Below, in pieces: positions 1 through 11,790 of a stretch of 64,000 nt of DNA. Position 1 is the first letter of the stretch. Each line of letters starts with the position of its first letter. Under the pieces are notes generated by a model. It saw nothing but the letters and a program-made list of their open reading frames with translations, ran no database searches and had not been told where the DNA came from. Position numbers and translations under genes: made by a program. Source of the stretch: a virus; the IMG/VR virus record IMGVR_UViG_3300037089_000505, positions 79,948-143,947 of that record; one strand, written 5' to 3'.

Positions 1-329
1 AAAGCGACAATCCTTTAGTAAATTTGCTACGCGAATGGGAATATGAAATGGCCAGCTTAGAACAACACGACTATGACGCTATGTGTAAAAAGACTGACCA
101 AGTTCTTGCGGAGTATAAGCAATGTCCAAAATGAAAGAACCCGAATTCCCCAAATGCAAAGTCACCATAGGTGTAGAATTCTTGGGTGACTATTTTGAAA
201 CTTGGGATGAAGAAATAGATTGGAATGACTTTTGTGATCAAGTCTATGACCTTTCGGCTGATGTAGAAGTTGAAGTAAGAGAGGCAGCTCAAAAGAGAAT
301 AGCCTTGAAAGATGCCCTAAAGAAAAAAG

Positions 330-515
330 ATGGCGACTAAAGAAGAAGTTTTAAAGCTACTCAAAGCAAAATCCAAAGTGATTATTGCCTGTCCAGAATG
401 CGGTTCAGATAAGATCAATCAATATCGTATGCCGACTGGACCAATCTGGTGCGAAGCGTGTGGACTAAGAGTTGAACAAAAAGAAAAGAACAATCCATTT
501 ATTACAAGGATATAA
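330..515 (+). CDS. small Zn-ribbon protein (MxxKEExLxLLK N-terminal family)
   Basis: CPEC...CEAC pairs; N-terminus MATKEEVLKLLK shared with other small ORFs. Confidence 0.6.
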   Translation: MATKEEVLKLLKAKSKVIIACPECGSDKINQYRMPTGPIWCEACGLRVEQKEKNNPFITRI

Positions 516-516
516 A

Positions 517-981
517 ATGGTGTTAAAGTTTAGAATGTGGAATCCAACCACTAAAACAATGATTGATCTTAAAGCAATCACCCCCTTAGCCCTCGATTCT
601 AACTTGAAAGTAGATGGGATCTTTATTCCTTTCAACGGAATGCCCATCATGCAATATACGGGCATGACTGACAAGAACGGTAGAGAAATATATGACGGTG
701 ACATTCTAAGGAAAAGCGATCCTGAATATTGGGATCCAAAAGCTTGGGAAGGTTCAGATCTCTTCAGCCCACCAGACGAACATGATAAAAAACTATTTGG
801 TGGTGGAACTGGCTATGTAGAATCTTGTGCTTTTGGTTGGACAGTAATCGATATCAATTGTGGCGAGTGGGCCTTTAACGGTCCTGAGGGACCAGGGTGG
901 AATGGTTGGGATGTAGAGGTCATTGGCAACAGATACGAAAATCCTGAATTGATGGTGAAAAAAGATGGCCAGAAGATATAA
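517..981 (+). CDS. YopX family protein
   Basis: LKFRMW, MQYTGMTDKNGREIYDGDIL and EVIGNRYENPEL motifs; ATG at 517 is the likely start. Confidence 0.9.
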   Translation: MVLKFRMWNPTTKTMIDLKAITPLALDSNLKVDGIFIPFNGMPIMQYTGMTDKNGREIYDGDILRKSDPEYWDPKAWEGSDLFSPPDEHDKKLFGGGTGYVESCAFGWTVIDINCGEWAFNGPEGPGWNGWDVEVIGNRYENPELMVKKDGQKI

Positions 982-1698
982 GAGTTCAGAAGAGTGGAAA
1001 AAATTTGGCTTTGAGCCGACTGTTACTGGTTGGACGGATAGTCCTGAAGGGGCAATGCGATCTGATCCTAATGGAAAGTGGTTTCCAATTCACGTCCTTC
1101 AGGATTTTGCCGCCGCTGAATCTGATAGAGACGATATGGAAAAAATGTTATACTTACTAGTCAAGAGTCTTGAATCATGGTGGAGGCTTCCAAACGATAT
1201 GAGAAAGCTTGCCGACATAGAGCCTTTAATAATAACGGCATTGGATATAAAAGATGAGATGGATAAAAACTCTGTTTAGTTCAGTTGATGGTTCCTTAGC
1301 TAAAAAGCCAGAAGTAAAGATTGATCCTTCAAAGATTAAACTTTCTTCTACTGGCCAACTACGGTTTCCGTCATTGTCTGAACAGCTTAAAAAAGAAATA
1401 GAAAAGCTATCTGACAAGGATAAGAAATTATTCATTGATGTTGCCATACCAATTATAGCCAAACTCAGACGATTTAGCTACGAGAAAGCCTGTGTAGAAA
1501 CAGTCTGGGGTGAAAGCCTCTGGTTCAGTTTACATTTTGTTCCCGACATTACTGTTCATTTGCAAGTATACGTAAGGCCGCCTAAAAAAGTTTTGCGAAC
1601 TTTCTTTACTTTTTGGAAAGGCAAAATCATGTGGACAAATGGTTATGGTAAGATTGATGACTGTTTGGCCGATATTCAAGCGAACTTAAAGGAATAAA

Positions 1699-2067
1699 AT
1701 GCTCCACGTAAAAACAGCTCTCAAAGAAAGCTCCATCCACGGCCTTGGATTGTTTGCGGCCGAGCCAATAAAGAAAGACACTTTAATATGGGAATTCAAT
1801 CCGTTGTTTGATAAAAGGATATATAACGGAATCCTAAACATGTTGCCCGCAGTGACTCAAGAATTTATCAAGCTATATGGTTTTTTGGATCTAGGTGGAT
1901 ATTGGATTTTATGTAGCGACAATGCTCGCTATATGAATCACTCAAATAATCCTACATGCGAAGATCGAAATCAAAAAGACTATGCCGCAAAAGATATTGA
2001 GATAGGCGAAGAGCTCACTTGCAACTATTACGTTTTTGATCGTTCGGTGAGTCATAGAAAAATATAA
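1699..2067 (+). CDS. SET domain protein
   Basis: SSIHGLGLFAAEPI, RYMNHSNNP and AKDIEIGEELTCNY SET motifs. Confidence 0.9.
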   Translation: MLHVKTALKESSIHGLGLFAAEPIKKDTLIWEFNPLFDKRIYNGILNMLPAVTQEFIKLYGFLDLGGYWILCSDNARYMNHSNNPTCEDRNQKDYAAKDIEIGEELTCNYYVFDRSVSHRKI

Positions 2068-2801
2068 GGAGTTAAAATGAAAAATTCAAAGAATCATTGG
2101 ACTGATGACGAAGGTTGGATGCATGATGATTTGACAAAGAGGCCGGGTAGTGTGGGTTATGCTATTGAAAAATACATGCGACAGATTACTTCAATAGATG
2201 ACGTAGATGAACTTAGAAAACTCTTTTTTGATGTAGTCATGGATCCAATAGAGATTCAGGGCACGAGCGAAGAGAAGAAGCAAGTCTATATGGAAAAGGC
2301 TAATAAGATTGACGATGTAGATGATTTGAGAGAGTTCATATTTGCTATTCATGGCCGAGCAAAAGATTACAAAAGAAAGCTGGCAAGAAAGTGACATTAG
2401 ACGCACAAGGTTTTAATCGGGAGCCGGGCTGGAGAACTTACACTCTAGTTGGACTTGACATCTTTTTAGGAGCAATCTTTATACTCCTAAAATGGTGTGG
2501 AATAATTAATTGGAGTTGGTTTATTGTGTTGCTACCCTTCTATTGGCTTCCGGCCATCTGCTTATTACTTCTTGCGATGGCCATGACAGCCATTCGGTTC
2601 GCCGACGCATATAGAGAAATAGAAAAGGTGGTGGCAAATGGAAAGACTAACGGCGGGACAACTAAAGAAAATTCTAGAAAGAGTCCCTGATAACGCAGAT
2701 GTGGTCATTCGTGAAAGGGGTAAGGATCTTTTTATCAAATTGGCCTTCGCTTGGCAATATGAAAATAAGTGCGAAGCTTTGGTGTTAGTAGAGACAGAAA
2801 C

Positions 2802-3362
2802 ATGCCCGTCTATACCAGATGTTTGAAATGTCCCTTGGGACAATACCGCGAAGTAAATGGCTATAAAATCGTTTGGGGTGATGGTAATCTTTCGGCCCCT
2901 ATACTTATTATTGGGGAAGCACCCGGAGAATCGGAAGCAAAGCTTGGACGTCCCTTTGTTGGTAGATCGGGACAGTTCTTACGACACCGATTAGAGCCAT
3001 ATATTGAGTTTCCAAAAGGGTGCTTCATCTCTAACACTTGCCTATGTCGGCCTCCAGACAATCGTAAACCAACCATAGAAGAACAAACTTCTTGTTCTTC
3101 ACATATACACACCATGTTATTCACAATGCGACCAAAATTGATCATTACAGCGGTCAAAGTTGCATCAGATTATTTGAGCATACTTCTAGGTAGGTCATAC
3201 ACAATCTACTTGGCCGAAGCCGCTGAGCTAGAAGACTTAGTTTTTGTATGGTTGCCTATTTATCACCCGTCTTATGTAATGAGAGCCAAAGAGACGACGG
3301 CTACGTTTGAAAATACATTAAGATCATACGCAAAGCTATTCAAGAGTATAGGAGATTTCTAA
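2802..3362 (+). CDS. uracil-DNA glycosylase, family 4-like
   Basis: CxxC, IIGEAPG, GRPFVGRSG, CRPPDNRKP and YHPS motifs. Confidence 0.9.
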   Translation: MPVYTRCLKCPLGQYREVNGYKIVWGDGNLSAPILIIGEAPGESEAKLGRPFVGRSGQFLRHRLEPYIEFPKGCFISNTCLCRPPDNRKPTIEEQTSCSSHIHTMLFTMRPKLIITAVKVASDYLSILLGRSYTIYLAEAAELEDLVFVWLPIYHPSYVMRAKETTATFENTLRSYAKLFKSIGDF

Positions 3363-3848
3363 TGAAGATAAGGATCTATAAGGTTGGAGAGCTATACGGT
3401 CTTCAAGTGAAAGATGGTTGGTTTGATTCTTGGCATTGCGGTTCTTGGATGATTCCACTAGCTGCAAGAACTGAAGAAGAAAAACAAGCTGGAAAGCATC
3501 CGACTGGTTTCAAGTCACCTGAAGAGGCTCAAGAGTGGGCTGAAGAACACCTTGGAATTAAGGTTGTAAAAGAGCTTAAAGTCAAGAGGGTGGAGCATGG
3601 CCACTAGAGGAGAGGGCCCTCTTAAAGAAGAATGGTATTCAATTTGCTCAATGCATCATGAGCGTGATGAAAATTGCGACATGTGCAATTGTGGGAAGTG
3701 GATAAACGTAGAAGAGCAGAAAAAAGAACACGAACTATTTGAGAGAAATCCAGAAGAGTGGAGAAGAATTCACGCCCGAGACAGATTAGAATTCTTCGAT
3801 TTTAAAACTGGTGAGAAGTTGAATCCCTTTCCGAATTTGAGGTGAAAG

Positions 3849-4361
3849 ATGATAGTTGAGAAGTGGCTCGAAAAAGATTGTGTTTGTATTGTCCATCAGC
3901 ACGACCAAATACCCAGCCTTGTTTGCGGCTATGTGGGTGTTGATGAAGAACATCCTCTTTACGGTGTTCGCTACGATGAAGAGTCGCTTATTCTTGAAAA
4001 AATGCTCAGACAATCTAAAGCATTTCGTAAAAAGCACGACGTGAAGGAAATGCTCAAGGATCGTAGCACAGACAACTGGGCTTATCCTATGGAAGATTTC
4101 TCTGCTACACCAGAAGGTTATTTTATTAAACATAGTATAAGCTTTGCTGATAAAGGTGATGTAGCTAACTTACGTGAATTCAATTGTCCCGCTATTTGGT
4201 TCTTTGGTTTTGATAGTGGCCACCCCGGCTATGAGTGGGAGAACGTAACCAAGCTAGATCTCCAAGCAAAAATCCATCGGCTTTGTTTTGAATTAGCCTA
4301 TGAGCTTGATCAAATCAAGTGGAACATATTACTTCCGAGTCAGGAATACAAACTACTATGA
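3849..4361 (+). CDS. conserved phage hypothetical protein
   Basis: CGYVGV...HPLYG and WFFGFDSGH motifs typical of a phage hypothetical family. Confidence 0.55.
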   Translation: MIVEKWLEKDCVCIVHQHDQIPSLVCGYVGVDEEHPLYGVRYDEESLILEKMLRQSKAFRKKHDVKEMLKDRSTDNWAYPMEDFSATPEGYFIKHSISFADKGDVANLREFNCPAIWFFGFDSGHPGYEWENVTKLDLQAKIHRLCFELAYELDQIKWNILLPSQEYKLL

Positions 4362-4600
4362 GAGCTATATATGAAATCGTTGAAGACATACCTGAAAAAC
4401 CTTTAGTGATTCGAGATATTGGTTGGCGAGACCATATGTCTGTGACTAACGATGCTGAAGCTGTAGTAGAAGATTTATGGAATAAGGGAAAACTATCTGA
4501 CAGACGCTTGTTCTATTATGATAGCGCAGGCGATTTAGATGAGCTTGTTCACATAGATGGTTCTTTTATAAGATTTCGACCAGGTTGAAAGGAGTTCTGA

Positions 4601-4942
4601 ATGAGGACGGTGTGTTTGGATTTTGATGGCGTCGTTCATAGCTACAAGAGCGGATGGAAAGGTTATTCGGTAATTCCTGATCCTCCAGTTCCCGGCGTCA
4701 AAGAAGCTATTGATGAGCTCCGTAAAACTTACATGGTCAAGATTTTTTCTACGCGTTGCAAGAAGGCTGAGGGCATCGCCGCCATTGAGAAGTATCTTGA
4801 GAAGTATGACATCAAGGTCAGTGCTATTTGCGAGAGCAAACCTTCAGCCTTCATTTACGTTGACGATCGCGGTTTTACATTCAACGGCGATTGGCCCGCA
4901 GCAGTCGCAGCAATCAAGGGCTTCAAGAGCTGGCTGGAATAG
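4601..4942 (+). CDS. HAD-superfamily phosphatase
   Basis: DFDGV motif I, ST motif II, K..YVDD motifs III/IV. Confidence 0.8.
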   Translation: MRTVCLDFDGVVHSYKSGWKGYSVIPDPPVPGVKEAIDELRKTYMVKIFSTRCKKAEGIAAIEKYLEKYDIKVSAICESKPSAFIYVDDRGFTFNGDWPAAVAAIKGFKSWLE

Positions 4943-4968
4943 GTTCGAGGAAGTCATAAGTTCTTTTT

Positions 4969-5826
4969 ATGTTTGCTCTCAAAGTAAATGACAGAAACTC
5001 CAAGGAGTCACAAGCTCTCGCCTATTACAACATGATGGATGGGGTGGGACTCCAATATTTTCGTAAAGCTGAAGAAGTCCCACCTGATGCTGTTCCTGCT
5101 GGTTCGGTAGAGTGGTTTCTTGAAGTCACAAGATGGAAAGTTATACCTGATTATTATCCAGAATTTCTCAGACCATATCTCGGCCGTAAAATATGGTGGA
5201 CAGACCAATGGCCGATGCATGGTGGGATCTTCGTCAAGCCAGCTGACAAGTATAAACGCTTCACAGGCAAAATAACTACTGGTGGATATCATGGCAAGAA
5301 GAAGGGCCCATACTGGTGCTCTGAGGTTGTAAGCTTCACCAATGAGTGGCGCTTCTATGTAGCGAATGGAAAGGTTCTATATATTGGTTGGTATTGTGGT
5401 CTTAACGACGATGCAATGCCACCCGATCTTAAAGTCGATTGGCCCCAAGACTATTGTGGTGCTGTAGATTTTGGGACCACACCTGAAGGCAAGCTACTTC
5501 TCATTGAAGCTAATGAACCATTTTCCTGCGGATGGTATGGTCACATTTCAGAGGGCCGCATTTATGGGAAGTGGTTAGAAATAGGCTACGAGTATATGAA
5601 GGAGAAAATGAAAAAGGGAACTGACGGCACTGCTGGTGCTTGGGCTTTAGAAAAAGGTGAAGACGGAAGAGTCTATATTAGCGCAGACGATCTTGGATTT
5701 TGGATCGAAGAAGCATTAAACTACACAGATGGTGCCGGAGCAAGTCTATCAGACGATGCTAAATCCAAATTACTCAAACATCTTTATGAGCGGATCAAAG
5801 AGATAGCAGAGAAGGCTGTTCTGTGA
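4969..5826 (+). CDS. ATP-grasp domain protein (DUF4343/R2K-like)
   Basis: FVKP..YKRFTG, SEVVSFTNEWRFYV and AVDFG...LIEANE..SCGWYG. Confidence 0.75.
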   Translation: MFALKVNDRNSKESQALAYYNMMDGVGLQYFRKAEEVPPDAVPAGSVEWFLEVTRWKVIPDYYPEFLRPYLGRKIWWTDQWPMHGGIFVKPADKYKRFTGKITTGGYHGKKKGPYWCSEVVSFTNEWRFYVANGKVLYIGWYCGLNDDAMPPDLKVDWPQDYCGAVDFGTTPEGKLLLIEANEPFSCGWYGHISEGRIYGKWLEIGYEYMKEKMKKGTDGTAGAWALEKGEDGRVYISADDLGFWIEEALNYTDGAGASLSDDAKSKLLKHLYERIKEIAEKAVL

Positions 5827-6155
5827 AAATAAACTCTTACAAAGAACACCTCACATATACATTTATAGATAGCCCAGTAGGGCGTTTGCTACTCGCAGGA
5901 GACGATCGTGGTTTATGGCAATTAAGTTTCATGAGCACTAAACCAGATATTGGCGATGCGTGGTCTTTTTCAAAAAATGTTTTTCAGGGCACTCGATCAC
6001 AACTCAATGCATATTTTGCAGGAGACTTACATCAATTCGAAGAAATTCCTTTACATCTTGTAGGCACTGATTTCCAACTTGCTGTTTGGAATATTCTACT
6101 TTCTATTCCTTATGGGACGACATGGTCGTACAGCGATGTTGCCCGCGCGCTATAG
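5823..6155 (+). pseudogene. ogt: truncated Ogt-like methylated-DNA-protein cysteine methyltransferase
   Basis: DSPVGRLLL, QLNAYFAG, GTDFQLAVW..L.SIPYG...SYSDVAR; stops before the catalytic PCHR motif. Confidence 0.75.
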
Positions 6156-6292
6156 GCAAAGACATCTATCCGGCCTTCAAGGCTTATCAAAAAGACGGAA
6201 CTACATTTCTCTATGATCACAAGTGGCAAAATCCAACAATCTATCAGGAACGACTCCCAGGGAGAAGTTTCGAAGGTATGGTAATATAAACT

Positions 6293-7633
6293 ATGGACGA
6301 ACTTAAACAACTGAACAAACTGGTCACCGAACTCAACACCACGAACTCCACCACAGACAAAACTGAGATCCTGGCCAAGTATCCGGAATGCAAAAAACTC
6401 CTGAGCTGGACCTATGATCCCTTCATCCAGTTCTACGTCAGCTCGGACAACATTCTCAAGATGGAAAGCCAGATCAAACCCAACGGAGTTCATACCGACA
6501 TCTTCGGCCTCATGGCTGAACTCAACTCCAGAAAGTATACTGGCCACGATGCCATCGCCTACATCCTTCAGTTCATTTCCGAAAACAAGATTTACCGGGA
6601 TCTCATCCTCCGCATACTCGATCGGAACCTCAAGACTCGGGCCGATGCCAAACTCATCAACAAAGTTTGGCCGGGAACAGTCCCTTCTTTCGAAGTGGCT
6701 CTGGCCCACAAATACAACGACTTCAAACAGAAGGTGGATTTCACCAAAGACACTTGGTTCGCTTCCAGAAAACTGGACGGAGTCCGGGTCATCACGGTCA
6801 TCTCCTCAAACGGCGATATCAAATTTCTTTCCCGCAAAGGAAAAGAATTCACCACTCTGGACAATGTCCGCAAAGAGCTCCAGAAGAAACTCGAACCATA
6901 TCGCAATGACTTCGATTTCTTCAAGGGCGGCTTGGTTCTCGACGGAGAAATGTGCATCGTCAACCAGAACGGCGATGAAAACTTCACGGACATGATCAAG
7001 CTCATCCGCCGGAAGGACTACACGGTCGAACATCCCAAGTATAAGATCTTCGATATGATGCCTTTGGTAATCTTCGAAGAGAAAGAACCACCCAAAGGAA
7101 TTCGCAATATCAGGCTGACTCATCGAATCAATCTCATCAACCTCTTCAAAGATCAGGGCATCTTCAATGGGGGCATCTTGGACCCGGTGGAGCAGAGGAA
7201 GATCGGAACCGAGAAAGACCTCACTGACTTCATGGCTGAAGCCAATTCCAAGAATTGGGAAGGACTCATCCTCCGGAAGGATGTCCCCTACAAGGCCGGC
7301 CGCTCTTCGGATATGCTCAAGGTCAAGGAAATGCAGGACGATGAATTCGTGGTCCAGGACGTGGAGATGGGGCCCATCCGGATCATCAAGGGCGGCAAGG
7401 AAGTCACCGAGACAATGCTCTCCGCCATCAAGATCCCTTACAAAGGTAACGTGGTCTCGGTCGGATCTGGCTTCTCCATCCAGCAGAGACAGGAATTCTA
7501 CAAGGATCCTTCTAAGATCCTGGGCAAAACGGTCACCATCAAATACTTCGAGGAAACTATCAATGAGCAGGGGCTCTACTCCCTCCGGTTTCCGGTCCTC
7601 AAGACCATCTACGATGGAGACCGGGATGTTTAA
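6293..7633 (+). CDS. lig: ATP-dependent DNA ligase
   Basis: KLDGVR motif I, LDGE, EGLILR, LKVK and VGSGFS...LRFP OB fold. Confidence 0.95.
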   Translation: MDELKQLNKLVTELNTTNSTTDKTEILAKYPECKKLLSWTYDPFIQFYVSSDNILKMESQIKPNGVHTDIFGLMAELNSRKYTGHDAIAYILQFISENKIYRDLILRILDRNLKTRADAKLINKVWPGTVPSFEVALAHKYNDFKQKVDFTKDTWFASRKLDGVRVITVISSNGDIKFLSRKGKEFTTLDNVRKELQKKLEPYRNDFDFFKGGLVLDGEMCIVNQNGDENFTDMIKLIRRKDYTVEHPKYKIFDMMPLVIFEEKEPPKGIRNIRLTHRINLINLFKDQGIFNGGILDPVEQRKIGTEKDLTDFMAEANSKNWEGLILRKDVPYKAGRSSDMLKVKEMQDDEFVVQDVEMGPIRIIKGGKEVTETMLSAIKIPYKGNVVSVGSGFSIQQRQEFYKDPSKILGKTVTIKYFEETINEQGLYSLRFPVLKTIYDGDRDV

Positions 7634-10052
7634 AGAAACTCTAAAAACAGTCCTTGCTATTTTTGCCATCGTAATAATGGCGGCGCTTCTCCTCTTTCTT
7701 CTTTGGACTGTTTTTCATCCAATCGACCGTTTTGTCGGGACAAAAATACAGGCAGTAGAAAATGTCTAAGGCAAAGCGATCTGAGCTCATCAAACTGATT
7801 GAGCGGGCAGTAATAGTTCAGGGCGTCACAAAGACTTGGCTTGAGGATGCGGTCCTCGTCTTAAAGAAGGAATCGAAATGAAGATGAGAAATGGAATGGA
7901 AATCAAGGATCATATCAGTATCACTATGGACAAGGAAGAATATGAACAGGCAGCCGGGGTCGAGCTGACTGATCGGCAGTGGCAGTCGGTGGTCCGTAGG
8001 ATTCGGGATCCCAATCGGTCCGAGCTTTATAGCATCCTGAATCATATCACTGGCGTCATCAACGAAATGAGGAGGAAGTAATGGGGACTAGAACCAAGAT
8101 GCTTCGGCTCCAGAGAATGGGGCTGATGGAGGAAAGACGCCAGGATCGGCTCAGAGCATACTGGCTCGCCGAACGAGACCGCACTGAGAGAGAGCAGGGC
8201 TACGCAATGCACAAATTCTATGAAGATCAAGCGCAGAAGCGGCTCGCAGAGGAAAAGGCAAAGAGGTTGTCTACCCGCATTCGGAAGTGGTGGAATGGGC
8301 TCTTCTTCAAAGACGCCTCTATTCCTTGCGGCATCGGAATCGATCACAAAGAGGATATGCCTCCGGAGGGGAAATGACACTTTCAGACAAGATCTTCAGA
8401 TTCATAGCCGTCCTCATTGTCGTCGCTCTTTCTTTCGGCGGCGTCTTTTTTATCGACGGTCTCCTCACTGGAGATTGGCCGACCAAACACGATCCCAGTA
8501 TCACCTTCAACCTCATCGGCAGCCAGGTCTACACTTACCATTCGGTAGGTACTATTGTTATCAATCCTCATTTTACCGTAGAAGGAAGTGATAAGCCGGG
8601 AGTTCCTGCTATTCAATATAGCGACAAATATTGGTCAACCGATAAAGAACATCCCGAAAATGACAGTACGACTCTTCTCGTTTCTGACTCTGAAAAGGTA
8701 TTTATTCCTCGGCGTAATTACGTCTTGACTGACTCTAAGGGCAAAAGCTTTTATTCAAACGGACCTTTGGTTATCACGCCCAATGACGTCATAAATGGTC
8801 GAACAGCTCCGACCATTCGTTTTCAAGAGAAAGGCAAAAATCCGAACTACGCAGCCGTCTTTATTCTCAGAGGCAAAGCTTTTGTGGAGGTGGCAAAATG
8901 ATGTTCTTAAAAATTCTTTGGGGCGTTGTAAAGATCGCCCTCATAGCACTACTCATAGCGCTAGCCGCAGTAGTATTCGTTGCCATCTTTGGCAGCCTAT
9001 CCTTTGTATGGTTTGCTGTTTTGGCGATCATCTACATCATACTGCTGATCACTGGCATAATTTTTCTTGTTCGGTGGTTGGCTGAAAAGGGCTGGTTCGA
9101 TGAGTTTCTTTTTTAAGAAAGGAAGGGACATGAAAGCTTTTTACTCGAATCACGAGAGCCGCATTTTGCACATTGCGGGGCTTGTAGCGATTGCTGTTAT
9201 ATTCATCGGTATCTTGGGACTCGTAATATGAAAAGGCGCTACAGGATCTTTCTCGTAATTGTTATTTTGCTCACCTTGGGCAATATCTTCATGTTGGTCA
9301 TAAGCAATAATTGGCCAGGAAGAGTTTCCAGTATCATAGGATGCGCCGGCGGAACTGTAGCGGCAATAGCTTGTATTCGATTAATGAAGAGCGCAGTTGA
9401 CTGATTTCTTTTTCAGAGAAAATCAATTAACGCTCCACAAATATTATCGCTTTCAGATTTCTAGATGGGAAGCTGATTGTAGAAAGTTAGCTGCATTTCG
9501 CATATGGAACTATAAGAAGACTGATCTTGCTGGATTTGGGTTTGTCCTTGAGTTACTTGGTTTGAACATCGTCCTTGAATTTTACGACAACAGGTATTGG
9601 GATCGCGAACACGACCGCTGGAAGAGGAATAAACATGAATCCGAATATTAAACCAGTCCTTGACGACGCAGCAAAACTGATCGACGCAGACTCTGGCGGA
9701 ATGAAGCTCATGGAGCTCTTGCCAGCTATTCTCGTGATTCATAGAAACATCGATCCTGATGACTTGATCGACGGGCTCAAATGCGATTCTCGTTTCAAGG
9801 TCTTTGAATACTATTGGCGGCTTGACGACAATACTTTGCGTCTCAAATATTTCGTGACCTTGACTTACAAATAGGAGAAACTATGTCAAACTTGTTTTTT
9901 CAGCTTTTTTCCTTTTTCCTTTTTCTCTTCATTGTTGCTGTTGTCCTTTACTTGACGATAATGCTTTCAGCGATCTTTGCCGTAATTGTTCTTTGTGTTC
10001 TAGTTGTCATGTGCATTATTTATCCGATCTATCTTTGGTTTAAGAGGTAAAA

Positions 10053-10472
10053 ATGGAGCAGCATCCAAGAAATCCATACGTAGCAGTAGACGCCATCATC
10101 CGGGTGAAAGGTGGCGCTAAAATCATTTGTATCAAGCGCAAGAACCCTCCATATGGTTTGGCTCTTCCTGGGGGTTTTGTCAATTACGGCGAAAGCGCCG
10201 AAGATGCAATCAAACGAGAAGTGATGGAAGAAGTCGGCGTCCGGTTAGATCTCCTGGCCCAGTTCCATACTTACTCGGCACCTGACAGGGATCCTCGTCA
10301 TCACACACTCAGCGTAGTATTCATCGCTTGGTCAGAGGATGAACCGAAAGCGGGAGACGACGCCGCTGAAGTCCTTCTTGTCAATACGCTTGATATTCCA
10401 AAGCTTGAGTTCGCTTTTGATCACGCAAAAATCCTAGAGGACTGGAGAGGACTCGGACAGTATCGACACTGA
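10053..10472 (+). CDS. Nudix hydrolase (ADP-ribose pyrophosphatase-like)
   Basis: Nudix box GGFVNYGESAEDAIKREVMEEVG; RDPR, AGDDA and FAFDH. Confidence 0.9.
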   Translation: MEQHPRNPYVAVDAIIRVKGGAKIICIKRKNPPYGLALPGGFVNYGESAEDAIKREVMEEVGVRLDLLAQFHTYSAPDRDPRHHTLSVVFIAWSEDEPKAGDDAAEVLLVNTLDIPKLEFAFDHAKILEDWRGLGQYRH

Positions 10473-11019
10473 TTTATTATAAAGGTAACGGAGGAAGCAA
10501 TGGTCAAAGATTTTTTCTGGAACCTGTTTTGGAAGCCGGTAAAGTCAAATCTGATACTGGCAGCTCTTTTCCTTGTAGAGATTTTCTGGTTTCTTGTCCT
10601 GGAATGGGAGCGATGGATCCACATCGCATTTCTCATCGGAACTGGCATTCTTTCAATCTACCTCAACGATGGCCGTTACTTCGTGGCGGCTGCCGGTGGG
10701 GCCACAGTCTACAGTCTCCTTTGGTTCAAGCTGGCCGTCTCGAAACGGTGGTAAACTAGAGGCGGCAGAGATCTGGGCCGGTGGAAACACCGGCCTTCTT
10801 TTTACGAAAGGAAGCAGAGATGGCTACCTTCTTACGTTTCATGGTTTTTATTGTCATGGGCGCTGGGGGTCTTTTCCTGGGCATCTTTTTAGTATATCTT
10901 GCCTGGACGTTTCTACCCTTGATACTTTCTATTTTCGCAACAGTCATAGCATTTGTGCTTTGGTGCTGGGGAGTAGTTGAAGTCGGGGCATGGGTCATAA
11001 TTTCGGCATAGGAGAGACA

Positions 11020-11790
11020 ATGACTGATTCACTTGGCGATAGGATGAAAGGCAATTACGAAAACCGTTCTCGGTTTTACCTGACTCGAAGAACGCCTGTC
11101 ATCATTCGTGTAGATGGCCGAGCCTTTCACACTCTGACTCGCAACTGCGAAAAGCCCTTTGATGAGAGTTTGAGCAAATGCATGATCGAGACTACGATCG
11201 GACTCTGTGAAGAGATTCAAGGCGCAAAATGTGCCTACGTCCAAAGCGACGAGATCTCAATTCTGATTACCGATTATGATCGTCTTAGCTCTGGCGCCTG
11301 GTTCGACTACAACCTCCAGAAGATGGCTTCGGTCTCAGCTTCCATCGCCACTCTAGCTTTCGGTCTTTCTATAAGAAAAATCGCTGGCGATTGGAACGAT
11401 TGGAAAAGTCAAGCCAAAGCTACATTCGACTCTCGCGTTTTCAATATTCCGAGAGAAGAGGTGACCAACTATTTCGTTTGGAGACAGCAAGACTGGACTC
11501 GCAACAGCCTTGAAATGCTGGCTCGAGCCCACTATTCACACAAACAGCTGGACAAAAAGAATGGTGCAGCAATGCACGAGATGCTCCACGAGAGGGGCGT
11601 CAATTGGGCGGATCTCCCTGACAAGTGGAAGAATGGAAGTCTCATTGTCAAAGAGTCTATTCTCATAGACCTGAATCAGGACATGGTAGCTTCAAACATG
11701 CGGTCTGAGTGGAAGCCGAAAGATCCATGTCCCATTTTCAAGAACGACCGAGACGCTATCGAGAAGCTTCTCATACCTGAGGAGGTATAA
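11020..11790 (+). CDS. Thg1-like tRNA(His) guanylyltransferase / 3'-5' polymerase
   Basis: RVDGRAFH, YVQSDEIS, FDSRVF and YFVWRQQD..RNS. Confidence 0.93.
   Translation: MTDSLGDRMKGNYENRSRFYLTRRTPVIIRVDGRAFHTLTRNCEKPFDESLSKCMIETTIGLCEEIQGAKCAYVQSDEISILITDYDRLSSGAWFDYNLQKMASVSASIATLAFGLSIRKIAGDWNDWKSQAKATFDSRVFNIPREEVTNYFVWRQQDWTRNSLEMLARAHYSHKQLDKKNGAAMHEMLHERGVNWADLPDKWKNGSLIVKESILIDLNQDMVASNMRSEWKPKDPCPIFKNDRDAIEKLLIPEEV

Noticed and set aside
6110-7769. Long alternative-frame and antisense ORFs over the DNA ligase (e.g. 6806-7669 -, 7167-7769 +)
   Set aside because: Shadow ORFs caused by strong codon bias; no motifs or start signals
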